From the human T2T-CHM13v2.0 reference genome, Homo sapiens, in NCBI RefSeq assembly GCF_009914755.1, contig NC_060929.1: a stretch of DNA of 64,000 nt; one strand, 5' to 3'. The notes under the pieces are model-generated. The model ran no database searches. It was not told the origin of the DNA and saw only the letters and a list, made by a program, of their open reading frames with translations. Below, in pieces: positions 42,301-56,100 of this stretch (the first letter of the stretch is position 1; every line of letters starts with the position of its first letter). The translations under genes were made by a program, and so were the position numbers.

Positions 42301-45300
42301 GCTGTATGTGCTTATATACTTTTTTTAAGGCAGTAGCAGTCATGTTATTGCATGTCTCAGAACTCATGGTGGTCATTTAGGAGGAGAAAATCAGACATGT
42401 AAATTAATTCCTGCTTGTCAGTTAGTGGGTTTCTAGGATGGGGGAGGAATATGTAGTCTGCAAAATTTAGAATTTAGTTTTATGAATTTTTTTTTTTTCT
42501 GATCCTATTTCTGATCCTATTGTCACACAGGTGCTCAGCCATCCATGTAACTGATTATACTATCTGTTCCTTTTTAAAAAAAAATTAACTCAACAAGAAG
42601 ACCAATTCAAAGTTTCAAGAACAAAATCCAGACTGTGGCTATTACTTACTGAAATAGCAATTTAAAATAACTTCAAATATTTCTTCCTTGGTTGATTTCT
42701 TTTAAACTTTTCTCCAACTTCTTCACCTCTCTTGAACTGACCTTCGTACCCCATGTGTTCTTATTTCTGATAGTAGGTTAGATGTTACATTCAAAGAAAT
42801 GTGGAAATTGGCTACAGGCCATATTCTCTCATTGCTTTCGTTCATGAAAAAAATGACCTATAGTTTTTTTGGTTTGTTTTTTTTTTTTTTTTTTGCTTCT
42901 ATGCTTATGAAATGTTTGTTTTAAGCATGCCTTTGAAAGGAGATGGTGGTATGTGCTTTTGGGGTCTCAAATGAATGGTTGACTGGTTCATGGACAGGCT
43001 GTCTTTAAGAACTTTCTCCCCCTTCCACTTCCAGTTTCTCTTCTTTCTGGCAATACACAGAACATAATATCATAATTATCCCTGATGTTCATTCTTTGTC
43101 TGCCCTAAGAATTATCTAGCCTTTGCATTCGTAGTAAATGGTAGGCCTCAGATTATACCTGTGATTCATTATTAAAAGTATGAATTATGTTAGTTAAATT
43201 TTATTCATGTGTGACGCACAAATTTAGGAAACAGTATCCCTAATAATACCTCAAGACATGATCCTGGGCAAAAATATGATACTACTGTGATACCCACAGG
43301 ATTGGAAATTTTGAACAGCTGAATTTGTTTGTACAGAATGTTCCATGTTGTGTTTTTCAATCAAACACAATCTCCAAAACGTTATTAAGAGCTTCACCTG
43401 TTCTTAATGCTGGGGACAGTTTGGAGCTGAAAGGATTTCCAGCTCTAATGTCTTTGCCAGGTTTGAAAAAGCAATTTAATAGTGCCTGAGACCCCTTTAT
43501 GAAAGTGAAGTTCCCCCACTGCTTTTGAAGAGTAGCCTATTGCCCCTAAATCTTTGAACAATAGCTGAAGAATACATTGCACAAGGGGGATGGAAATGGT
43601 GCATATTAACTGCAGCAGTTGCACACAATCCAAGATGAATGGTTCTTCCTTCTCTCCCCTCATCCCTTGTGATTAAAAATAAATTTGTTAGGTATGTCCA
43701 GGAAACTAATTACATCATCATGAGGAATATCCCAGTGGGAAAGTCTTTTCTTTTCAGATCAAAAGGATGGCCAGCGGCTACTGTGTTTAATCCAGTCATC
43801 TGCAGGAGATAGTGCCAGGGATTGGAAAGTGGCTGTGCTCCTCAGGAACATCTGCTCACAGAAAATGATGGAAAATTAACCATATATTGAGGAGGCAGCT
43901 GCAAAGCATGCAGCAAACAGGCATCAGGGAAAGGCTCATTGGGTCAGAGGAGATAAAATGGAAAAGGAGCTTATGAAACCTGGTGGTCCTGTGCAATGTG
44001 AGACACCTTGGTTTACTGGAAAATGACATTTAGAGGCAGGAGTCCTGGGTTTTTGAGCCAGTCTGATCCTCACTGGCTAAAGCTACTTTTCCTCCCATAG
44101 CCTCCTTTTCATCACCTGTAAATGCAGCCTGGAACAGTTCCCTCACTAGATTATTATGAAGATTAAACATGTTAACTATAAAGCACCAGATATGTCTTAG
44201 CTATTATAGTGATACTGAATATTGTTATTGATGTTTCAACTAGCATCCACTCACTTTTCTTAAAATTACAGTGTGACACGCAATCAATGGACATACTGCT
44301 CTTAGGATAGAGCCCTCTACATGGTAATGCCCTCAGTATAGTACTCTTACCCAGCAATTGAATGTCATGTACAATCATTACTCAATCAGTCGATTTTAGT
44401 GACAATAAAGAGATATTAGAGATCCAAAGAATAGAGAGTATGAAATAGTCCACATTTAATTCTTAAAAATGCAGAGAAATTGAAGTTAAATCCTGAAACA
44501 CCAAAATTATACTTTATGTTAGACAGTATATATTATATATACCTGAAAACTTGGGAGTCATAAGACTTTCATGACCTAAGGGAGACTATAGAGATCATTT
44601 GGTTCAATATCCACAAATTACAGAGGAAGAAATAAAGACCAGTGCAAGCATAGAGATTTGGTTATGTGGTGTGGTAGAGGAGGCTGGTTGTAAATCACAG
44701 ATACCTGCTGCTTTGTCTCACCATGGAGTGACTCCCAGAGTGACTGCACAGCAAGAGACATTTCCCCTCTCTCTTAGCAAGGTGGAGCCAGTCAGCCTGG
44801 TCTCACCAGTGGAATGCTAGTGGAAATGATGTCAGACAACTGACAGACAAAGAGGTTAAGAAGCAGATGTGTCTGTATTCCTTCCATCATCTGTTAACTG
44901 GATGTCATTATCATGGATAGCTTTGAAAGCCCAATGTTGAGGATGGCCAAGCTTATTTTTGGGTCCCTAGACAATTGTGTGAAGCAAGCCTTTTACTCTT
45001 TTCTATCCTACCCTCTTTTTTCTGATAATTGATTCTTTCTGAACAAGACATGTATTTCTTTTGTGCTAAGCCAAAGTTTACTTGTTAGAGCAGTTAGCTC
45101 TATCTTAATAATATCAAACTAGGTTCTACACTTTGCTTTCAATGATGTGTCTCTACAATGGGTTGCTGTTTATTTCTTCTTTGTGCTCAGATTAAAAAAA
45201 AAAAAAAGCCATTGGTCTATGTGAGCCACATCTTACTTTTAAGCACAATTTTAGAGATAAGTACTGTAAGAAGAGATAAACATTTCCAGAAAGAAATTAA

Positions 45301-45544
45301 GCGTAATGCATAGCATCTGGATAAACCATAAATTGCACAGGCATCTCCTGAATAATTAGGCTAATAATCAAAACTCATGTTTTTTTCTTCTATAGAAACC
45401 AAAGTTTAGGGGAAATTTTCACAAATATTATGGTATCTGTTTGCATTCTTTAGCATGGTTGTTATTGCCATCTGTTTGTATATTTACCCTAGAGAGAATG
45501 AGAAGCAAGGCAGAGCCAAAGGAAACTTTGGGTACAGCGTTGAT

Positions 45545-45775
45545 TACTAAGCACACATATTAATGGGCTCTGGAGTCATATAGTTTGGGGCTAAATCCTG
45601 ATAATAACAGTTACGAGCTTTGTGAGTCTGAGGATATCATATAACTTTTCTATGACTCAGTTTCTCTATCTGGAAAATGAGACGGGAATAGTTCATACTT
45701 TATAGGGTTGTTAGGAGTACTACATGAAATAATGTTTATAAATTACTCAAAATAGAGCCATACTTGATGCTGTAT
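45545..45775 (+). mobile_element. MIR SINE
   Basis: gggctctggagtca...ctcagtttctctatctggaaaatg...atagggttgttagg core. Confidence 0.75.
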
Positions 45776-45900
45776 TAGGATAGAAAATAGGGAACACACT
45801 ATTTGATTAATGATTTTTGAAAGCCATCAAATATTAAAAAACAAGAATGTAATATATATACATACAGACACACACACATACTATATATATATATATATAA

Positions 45901-45985
45901 TTTTTTTTTCAGAGATGGGGTCTTACTCCATTGACCAAGCTGGTCTCAAGCTCCTGGCCTTAAGGGATCGGCCCAACTTGGTCTC
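45901..45985 (-). mobile_element. Truncated FLAM/Alu left monomer
   Basis: agagatggggtcttactccattgaccaagctggtctcaagctcctggccttaagggatc. Confidence 0.75.
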
Positions 45986-46120
45986 GAGAAATGGAATGCT
46001 TTCCTCAAGCAATAATGAGAGTAATCGGATGACAAATTGTTTGCCATTAGCATGGTAGAAGGTATCACTGAAACTAGCAGATATTTTGCTACTTCTACCT
46101 ATCATTACCATTTTCCATAG

Positions 46121-46498
46121 TAACTAAGATATATATGGGTTTATTAAGTATTAGCTTACACGATCACAAGGTCCCACAATAGGCCATCTGCAAGTGGAAG
46201 AGCAAGGAGCCAGTCTGAGTCCCAAAACTGAAGAACTTGGAGTCCGATGTTTGAGGGCAGGGAGCATGCAACACGGGAGAACGATGTAGGCTGGGAGGCT
46301 AGGCCCGTCTCTCCCCTTCATGTTTTTCTGCCTGCTTTATATTCACTGACAGCTGATTAGATGGTGCCCACCCAATTAAGGGTGGGTCTGCCTTCCCCAG
46401 CCCACTGACTCAAATGTTAATCTCCTTTGGCAACACCCTCACAGACACACCCAGGATCAATATCAATATCAAGTTCACACTCAGTATTAACCATCACA
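46121..46498 (-). mobile_element. MLT2A (HERV-L) LTR, 3' end missing
   Basis: cacgatcacaaggtcccacaatagg...gaagaacttggagtccgatgtttgagggcagg...ctcagtattaaccatcaca. Confidence 0.88.
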
Positions 46499-47384
46499 AT
46501 TACTTTGGCCAATATTTACCCTGTGTGCCTCTATTGCTTAGATGCCATCACAGAAATGTCTGTTTTTTAACCTCATGTTAATAAACAGCTGTTAGTGAAG
46601 CTTGAATTTTTTCTTTTAAATTTGTCTATGGGTAATAAATCAATTCGATTAGTTGCAGTGCAAAGTTAGGAGTTCATATAAGAACCCATAATAATTTTTC
46701 TAAGCTTATGTTTTCTGTGCTCCCAAGGGAGCTGTTTGAAACCCTTCAGAGCTTAACATGACTGGGTAGCAGGCATCCTCCTGACCTATTCTCACTGAAA
46801 CACCCTGTCGCTGCCAGGCAGAGGACAAGGTCTTCAAAACAAACACAGGGTGCAGCTAGGAAGGCCCATGACTAGAATGAGTTGGAGACAGAGCAGGAAG
46901 AACTTGCCAGGGATATTTTTTCTTCTCTATTGTCTAATCTATTTGCTGCCTAGAGGGTATGACTAACGGCACTGGGATCATAGATGTGTTTGGAGAACGA
47001 TTCACTAGCAATACAGCTTTATGTTTTATTTTAATAACTTTTTTATTATACAAGTTATACACACTCATTGTGGGAAACATAAAATATAGAAGAACAAAAA
47101 CAATAACGGAAATTACCCACATACTACCACCAGTGGCTTCCAAGGCTTCTTTTATGCATATATGCATGTATACATTATTCATGTTGTTCTAAAATGCTCA
47201 TTATCAGGCTTATTGAGGAAAGACTGAGAATTAGAATGTTCTTGAAAATTATTATTCTGTCCCTAGCATATTTGATGTTCTGAGGTACTTTTAATATATA
47301 TTTTGTCAAACATGACATTGAATAAACTCACTGGTGAGATTTATGCATATATTCTCTCTTCACCAAGTGTACTCTGAAACATTG

Positions 47385-47695
47385 CAGTAGAGTGAAAAGA
47401 ACATGTGTTTTGAAAGCAGATGGAAATGGTTCAAGTTTTAGTTTGTTCACTTAGTATTTGTGTGACCTTGGCAAATTATATAGATCAAACCACATAAAAC
47501 TCCCAACATTTTGATCTTTTTTGACTTACAAAAATAGCAATTTCATACGCTTCAATTTAATTTCTAAACTCTTTGAGTGTCATTTCTTCAACTACTAAAT
47601 GTAGGATGATACTATCTAAGAGAGTTAATGTGTGAATTAAATTAGATAATACTTGTAAAGTACCTGGCACATAGTAGTTGCTCAATAAATATAAA
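47385..47695 (+). mobile_element. MIR SINE (interrupted)
   Basis: tgtgtgaccttggcaaatt ... gtaaagtacctggcacatagtagttgctcaataaat. Confidence 0.7.
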
Positions 47696-50600
47696 TTCCT
47701 TTTCCTAAAATCTTCACTTGGAGTACAAATATTCCTGAAGGAGAAATGAATCTGGGTTCTCAAAAATGTAGATACCAAGATGGAATTAAATGTGTGAGAA
47801 ACTTTTTAAGGGAAAAGGTTTCTGGGAGAGGCTGGGGAGCCATCCAACCAAAATATAGGTCTGACCTCAGATGAAGGAGAGAGGGAAGAAGGAGAGGTTA
47901 GGTGGAAGTGTCTTAGACCACTATGCAGTAAGAAAGTCTGTCAAGGCTGTCTTGGGTACTAGAGCCAAGGTTGCTCATCAGAAGAGTCCATATACTCCTG
48001 GAACAGGCCTACCTGAGTCTCCCTGCCTAGCTTATTCATTGGCTGGTAGCGGCCATGGGGAGTGCAGCCTCTGTACAGAGGCAAGAGTTCCAGCGGGCAG
48101 CACCTGGGGCCACCCAGTGAGAGATCAAAGAGACTCATTTTTATGGACATCCCTTGTCAATATCAGACATTAATCAGTGTAATTAATCATTGTTCTCAAT
48201 TCCTCTATATTTTTGGAAAGACTGAAATTAGAATGTTGGAACTAATTAGGATTTTAAAAGTCTAGAAGTTAAATTTTTCCAGCATTGTTTGTGCCTTCCC
48301 TCACACTACCTGTCCCACAATTCCCTACCCAGATAAACCCTGACTGACTCAACTCTTCCTCTGCTTTTAGTCTTGCCCTGGATCCTGGATCTCTTCTCTT
48401 TTAGCCTTTCTTTCCACCTACCATGCCTTAAGCTGTATAAATCCCTGAGAATGACAGTGGGTTTGTGATGATAATTGACAAATTTTTTTTTGGTTTTTGG
48501 TTCTTTCTAGTGAGATTACAAGAGCCCTGACATGAAATAATTGTCATTTTGTCTCTGAACAAGAGAGTCCCAGAGAAAGAAAATAGAAGAGCTGATTGGT
48601 GTAACACCCAGGGACTGGAATCATCATGGCTCTCAATTATTGCTAAGGATATTACTGCCTGTAGTTATGATAATAATATTGAAATTTTCTGAGTACTAAT
48701 AAGCCTATCAGATAATATGATGCCTCAAGATATAGCCACTGGGCCTTTTCTTCATCGCTACATAGAGACATAGGAGGAACCAATAAAAATTGATACAATG
48801 TTTTAGTCAGGGGCCATTATAAAATACTATACTGTCACTTTTTCTAGTTAACAAAAATCACTTGCTAATGTCACCTAATCAGAGCAAGAGATGATTGACA
48901 AACCTGTCATGCGTACACATTTTTCCAGCTTCTCTAGAGATTTAATACATTTCAGCAGTCATTGTAATTGTGTTAGAATTTATTCTTTGCAAACCATCAA
49001 AGTCAATGAGCTAATATCAAAGTTTATATTAACAACTCAAAATAGTTACAACCTTTAAATTGTTGACATGGAAACACATCTTTCTTCACCTTATCAGAAC
49101 TCTGCACATGTGCCTATGTGGACTGGGCCCTGGGTTAATCAGAAATATACTATTCGATCATGCCTTCAAGTCAGCAAGAGTTATGAAAAGAAACATTATT
49201 ATTCATGTATTCTGTATATCTACAGAAAACAATCAGTGTAATGGTGCCACCATGTTGGCTGTTTTTCTATCCTGTTTTATTAAACTGGTACAATCCTCAT
49301 ACAATCTAAGTTTTTGTAACTCCAGCACCAGAGTAATTAACAGATATTTACTTTGAGGAAGAGGCAAAAAGCCTATTTCTGCGTAAATGTTATACATAAG
49401 TTAAATGTATTTTGTGAATTTAGTATAAAGGATTAAGAAGAAAATATAATGAGGAGAAAACTATATTTTAAACAGCACAAATTTTAAAAATATGTTGGAA
49501 AAAGGCATTGAAGGAGTTGAGGTTAACCATGTAGCCTCAGCAACACAAATGTCCTGAATCTCCGTGGTGCACTGGGCTTTATTTTAAACATTAGGGCAGT
49601 CATTTGGGAGGGGGTGGATTCATTCATCTGGGCAGGAGCTTGGCTCTGATGGCCAGAGTGAGGATCCTCATGCCTGTGTGCCACTGTGCTTCTCACCTGA
49701 ATGGTTTCACCGGGATTTTGTTTCTGCACAAAACTGCATTTGGGAAATGATCCTGTGCAACTGTCTATTCAGAGTTTGGCCATCTCCCAGATACCAGTGC
49801 AGGAAGAAGGTAGGATGCCTTTCTTGGAAGGAGGAGAGCAGATCAGGTGAAGAGTGACCTATTTACATATATCAAAATTCATTTTTGAGATTTTCTCTTT
49901 AATACTGCACCTAGGTGAATATGAAATTAAAAACAGCATGAAGGAAACTTCTGGCATATTTCACTGAAAAATAACCTAATTAATATTGCCTGTTATAGAT
50001 TTTCAGAAATTTTGAATATTAAACTCATGGTTATTCTACTCTACGGACCCATCTTTTTAAGAACAGAATGTAATTTTCCTTCTTTGAATTCCAAAGATCA
50101 TCAGGGGATGAGGATGACTGACAAGCTAAGTGAATGAATAAAAGGAAAGAGAATGGATGATTTTACATAGGTCCTGAGTCGGGGAGTGTGGTCCAGGCCA
50201 CTCAGTGTGAGACTTGAGGGCCTGCCAATTACATCATTGATCACTTTGAGTTTCAGCATTTACTAATATGTAAAAATCACCCTCATCAGTATTTTATTAA
50301 CATGTAGTTTCATACTAATCCATCCATTCATTCAAGCAACATATATTTATCAAGAATTTGCCATGTCTCAGACACTGTGCATATTTTGGGGGTACAACAA
50401 TTACTGATTTCATGGATTAAAGATGATAGTGGGAAGGGCTATAGGCCCAAGAGAATACTGAATTTCCCTGCCTTCTCTAAGTATATTGCCATGTCTTAGA
50501 AAATAGGGTTTAGTACCTAGTTCAGAGCTTGGCACAATAAAAGTGTGTGGACTGGGGCACACTTGGAACACTGCAGGCTATAGATAATTTTCCTTTCATT

Positions 50601-52304
50601 AAGAGCATATAAAGTCTATTTATTTAGATTCTTGCTAACAGTAATAAGACAATCAATGTTATAGTAGTTGGCACAGATCATACTTCCCCCGTCACATTCC
50701 ATCAACTCTGGCACATATCCACAGAACCAGTGGCTAACCCAGAATTCTTTCCCATAAGCCCTTCTGTCTGGGCCCAAAGAGTCAAATAAAGCCATGTGCT
50801 CCTATCAGCACTTTAGCAACTGGAACAAATCTGAGTTGTTATTGTCAACTCTGATAACCGCTTATAGACTTTAATTAATTAAATCAAGAATAAATCCCCA
50901 CACATCTTGACTCCAACGGCATTTATTAAATTTTGGGGAAAGTGTGTGAATACCCCATTTCAGGTAACTTTTTCACTGGATCTGTGTGGTTAACTTCATA
51001 CTTGTCTATTCTCTCTTTGTGGTCAATTTTATTTTTATCATAAAAATTGTTGTTTGCCAACTAAAAGATGGCTATCTGATCTTTTATTTTATGGGGTAGA
51101 GGAGAAGAAATCAAAGTATATGAATAATCAAATCAGAAGTCATTTTGAATTTGATGCTAGTTCTAAAGATGGCCGCTAAAAGGTAATATCAATGAATACG
51201 ATTGCAAGTGTCCTATCAGAGATATGATGCTATGGGAATACCACTTTCTGTAGCAGGGCAGCACTTCTCCAGCGGCCCCATTTTCTTGGCTGAGTCACCT
51301 CCGTTTCCTCAGATATACCTTCTTCCAGTTTCATTCTTTATGACTTTAGTTCTGAGCCAGGGGGAAGGAGCAGCATCAGAGAACTATTAGTTGGCCTGGA
51401 CAAAGAAAGGCTTCAGAAAAAGGAAAAAAACATGAAAGAAAGAGGAATATTTTTAGTAAATATTAGTAAATATTCCTGAGGCCATCCACATATATTCAGG
51501 CAATAGAAGAATCTTACATTAGTCCTTGTGAGTTGAATTAAGGTCCAAGCATAGCTAAGGGGCCCTTCATACTTGAGCAGCCGTTCTTTGATGCTGAGGG
51601 GCTTGGTCTCTTGACATCAAGTCCTGGAGCACATGAATTTCAATGAGCCAGGCAGGCAGACTGGGCCAGCCTTAGAGGTGGACAACTTGACCTTGCTACA
51701 GATACTTCACCATCACTGAGGATCAACTTAAGGCAATCTGAGAAGTCCTTTAAAAGAGGGGTCAGAGCTTGTTAAGTCAAATGGCTATTAGGCAAATAAA
51801 GGAATGGTGCCTGAGAATGGGTATTATGGTACTCGGGGGCCTGGATATCCATGTTTGGTTATAGTGGAGTATTGTCCATTTGCAGCTGGATTTAAGGTTG
51901 CCAGATCTTTCGATTTTTCAGGACATGAAAAATTAGCTTTTTACATGAATCTCAGTTATTAAATGTTGGTAATAATATTTTAAGATGCTGTTGTGGCACA
52001 AATAAGATATGTATGAAATGCTAGGTTTCAACCTTGGTTTAAGAATTCAGATATATTTATAACATTAGTGGCCCTAGTTCTCCGTCTTCTGGGAACATGT
52101 GCTTGATAGAAACAAGCACCTGGACCTCAACAACTATCTGAAGGGCAGAGGGTCCTCTTTCTTTTGGCAAAGGGAAAGCCAGCCACTGGTGCCAAATCTT
52201 CACATCCTACTCTTCCTGCCTTAAACTTCTGGCAAGGAACCAGGCTTCTTAAGAGCTAAAGTTTCGTTAGATTCCTAAAATAGAATTTAATAAGAAGTCT
52301 TTTT

Positions 52305-52597
52305 TTTTTTTTTTTGAGACGGAGTCTTGCTCTGTTGCCAGGCTGGAATGCAGTGGCGCGCGATCTTGGCTCACTGCAAACTCTGACTCCCGGGTTCAAC
52401 CGATTTTCTTGCCTCAGCCTTCTGAGTAGCTAGGACTACAGGTGGTATGCCACCATGCCAGGCTAATTTTTGTATTTTTAGTAGAGACAGGGTTTCATCA
52501 TGTTGGCCAGGATGGTCCTGATCTCTTGACTTCGTGATCCACCCGCCTCTGCCTCCCAAAGTGCTGGGATTACAGGCGTGAGCCACCACACCTAGCC
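52305..52597 (-). mobile_element. AluSc-like
   Basis: Diagnostic 1-bp deletion in ctgttgccaggctgg; 13-bp TSD aagaagtcttttt at 52292-52304 and 52598-52610. Confidence 0.93.
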
Positions 52598-53041
52598 AAG
52601 AAGTCTTTTTAATCTCTAAGAAATTAGGGACAAAAGTGTTCTGCAATAAAGCCAACGACTGCCAGAATCAGAGTTTAACGGATTACAGGTGATCATATAT
52701 TGCTAGTCTTCTACTGAGATGCCAAGGAACTCCCTATCCTTTCATGGCTTTAATAATTCACAAAACCCTTCCATGTGCATCATATCATTAGCTTCTCATT
52801 CTGAAGGGTAAATATTATTTCTCTATTACAAATAAGTAAACCGAGGCTCACAAAATGAACTGATCAAACAAGTATACATGACTGATAACTAATGATTTAG
52901 GAGTTGTGGCTCTCAGCCCAGGGGGCTTTTCATAAAATCATCCTACCTCTTCCCACAGGGCCACACATGTGGCCAAGTTCTCTTTTGCTAACTTTCATTA
53001 GGCCATGCAAAGGCAAACCATTCGGTGACATACTCCAATTT

Positions 53042-53347
<306 letters not shown>

Positions 53348-53699
53348 CATACTCCAATTTAAAGGGTAGCATTTCTCCTAGCCAGATTACTCTTTTTACA
53401 ACTGTTACTATATGTGTCCACTGGCAGAGTATAAAATTTTTAAACTAATTTAAGATTTTAATAAATTAATTTAAAAATTTTTAAAATTAAAAATCAGAAC
53501 AATATCAATATAAAACACAAATTCAACCAATGACAGACTTTACTGATACTACACAGAATAATGATATTTAAATTATAGTAACAAACATTGATATTAATAT
53601 CATCATTGATTGGGGCCATTTCATAATTAATAAGTCAATATATCATTTTGACAAAGAAGTAATTAGATGATAAGGTTCTCCACTAAAGAAATTTCCTTT

Positions 53700-55870
53700 T
53701 TTTAAAAAATCGATGCATTATGATTATAGAAATTTCCAGGGTATATGTGATATTCTGATACATACATACAAAGGGAAAAAAATCAACAGGTTATTAGGAT
53801 ATCCATCACCTCAAACCTTGATCATTTCTTTGGGTTGAGAACATTCCAAATCTTCTCTTCTAGCTATTTAAAAATGTACAATAAGTTATTGTTAACTATA
53901 GTCGCCCTACTGTGCTATGGAAAACTAGAAGTTATTTCTTCAATCGAACTGTTATTTTCATACCCATGAACCAGATTCTCTTCACCTGCCCTCTTCCCAC
54001 CTTTCCCAGACACTGAAACCACCATTCTCTCTACCTCCATGAGACCAACTTTCTTTAAACTCCTCTCTATCAGTAAGAATATGTGATATATTTTTTTCTT
54101 TTTCTTTTTTTCCCGATGTCAGCCTGGGGAAAGGGAGCACTGATGAAAGATGCAGTTCGCTGAGCCATTCGAGACCTGCTGTCTGAGAAACCTCCTGATG
54201 GGGCCACCTTCCCTAAGCAACAAGCACGCACCCCCTAACAGACCTAAATGAGCGGGGAGCAATGCCCAGAATTCCCAGGCATAGGGTCGTCTGGAGGCCG
54301 GTATGGGGGAGGGGTGTTGGTGCTGGCGGTAAACACCTAGATGAGGGAGGGGGTCTACCCGGCCAACCCTCATCAGCGGCTTCCTTCCTAGACTCTCCCT
54401 GCCACTATGCGGGAAGAAGGGCCCACTCGCCTGGGTCCCAGGCTGGGGCTCCCCCGCGGGAAGAAGACAGGCTCTGGTGACAGACACCTGCCCCCAGGCA
54501 CTGTCGGACCCCAGAACAGTGTCTGGAGCTTTCCAGCTTTATGGAAAGCTTTATGGAAAGCTTTCCTCAGCTTGCCCATCCATAAAAAGGAAGTAACACC
54601 TGGACCTGCCTCCAAAGGCAGAGGCCAGGGTTCCGCAGCTCCAACCACGTGCTCAGCAAACAGCCCCTGGCATTATTTTCAGATTCCCCCATACCCAGTC
54701 TCCTCCAGGGCCCCACTTCGCTTTGGGGCAAGCTCTGAGGCCCAGCTCCTTCCCTGCAGTGTGCCCCCAGGCAAGTCACTTGGCTCTCTGGGCCTCAGTT
54801 TCTCCATCCCCACACCAAGCTCACTGGACTCATGGGTGGATCTGGGGTCTCTGCCGCTCACGCGCCAGGAAGGCAGCGGATTTGGGATCATCCAGCCTTG
54901 ACCCTGCTGCACTACCTGGACCAGTCCCCACTTCCTGACCAGGCCTCATCTGGGGTTCATGCCCTCAATGCTGAGGCTCTCTCTTGGTGGAGTGACCTTG
55001 GGACAACGCTGTCCCCAGCCTCAGTTTCCCCGTAAGAGTCAGCTTGCTTTAAGGGCGTTGCTTCACCTCAGGCCTGCAGGAAAGGCTCCCCTGCCTGCCT
55101 GACAAACCTGGCTGGGGCCTCACCAGCAGGCCCGAGTGTGGCACGATCGGGACCCAGCAGCAGTGGCTGAAGTACCATCTGGGCTGCAGCGTCGCCTGCG
55201 CCATGGCCACTTCCACTTCTTCAGTGCAGCTACCGCCAGCCGTTTCAGAACGTGTTATTTGACTTTCTGTGCCTGGCTTATTTTACTTAACCTAATGTTC
55301 TCCAGTTCCACCTGTGTTGCTGCAAATAACAGGATTTTATCCTTTTTATGGCTGAATAATACTCCATTGTGTGTATATGCCACGTTTTCTTGGTCCATCC
55401 ATCCGTTGATGGACACTGAGGTTGATTTCCTATCTGGGCTATTGCACTCCCAATAAACGTGGGAGTGCAGATATCTGTTTGATACACTGATTTTTTTTCT
55501 TTTGGTTATCTACCCTGCAGTGGGATTGCTGGATCACATGGTAGTTCTATTTTTAATCTTTGGAGGGACCTCCACATTGTTTTCCATAATGATTGTACTA
55601 ATTTACATTCCCACCAACTGTGTATAAGCGTTCCCCTTTCTTCACATCCTTGTTTGTCTTTTTGATAATATCCATTCTAACTGGTGTGAGATGATATCTG
55701 ATTGTGGTTTTGATTTGCACTTCCGTGATGATTAGTGATGTTGAGCATTTTTTTCATATACCTGTTGGCCATTCGTATGTCTTCTTTTGAGAAATGTCTG
55801 TTCAGATCTTTTGTCCCTTCTTTAATTAGATTATTGGTTTGTATGCTGTTGAGTTGTTTCAGTTCCCTGT
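53700..55870 (-). mobile_element. L1MA-type 3' fragment split by a retrocopy (segments 53700-54089 and 55247-55870)
   Basis: 3' UTR sequence ...gtaagaatatgtgatat resumes after the insert as agaacgtgttatttgactttctgtgcctggcttatt; ORF2 peptide [20 protein letters not shown] follows. Confidence 0.9.
54091..55246 (-). pseudogene. RNF126-derived retrocopy: 5' UTR, exon 1 and unspliced intron-like sequence with A-rich tail
   Basis: 55204-55124 translates MAQATLQPRWYFSHCCWVPIVPHSGLL versus recalled RNF126 [25 protein letters not shown] (14/25 identical, several CpG-type changes), then GTGAGG; T-tract at 54091-54111; degenerate TSD. Confidence 0.8.
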
Positions 55871-55935
55871 ATGGCCTTAAATCTTTAAGTTGTTTCAGGG
55901 TCACAAAGGCATATAAAAGGCATTACTGTTTTCTT

Positions 55936-56100
55936 CTAGTGCTTTTCAAAACCTTGATCTGCATGTATATCATCGGGGGATCTTGTTAAAATGCAGATTC
56001 TAATGACTAGGTTTGCGGTGGGGCCTGAGATATCTCATTTCTAATCAGCTTCTGGGTGATGCTGCTGTTGCTATTGCTTTGCTGGCAGGACCCTGCTGGG
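55936..56100. mobile_element. MER5A-like MITE
   Basis: gggggatcttgttaaaatgcagattct...ggtggggcctgaga...catttctaa...ggtgatgctg. Confidence 0.8.

Noticed and set aside
54407-54901. 164-aa plus-strand ORF and overlapping ORFs in the GC-rich insert
   Set aside because: Expected by chance in GC-rich intron-like DNA, antisense to the retrocopy, with no recognisable domain.
54091-55246. Conventional processed RNF126 pseudogene or a native CpG-island promoter
   Set aside because: No exon-2 or RING-coding sequence follows exon 1, and the block is bounded by a tail and L1 breakpoints.
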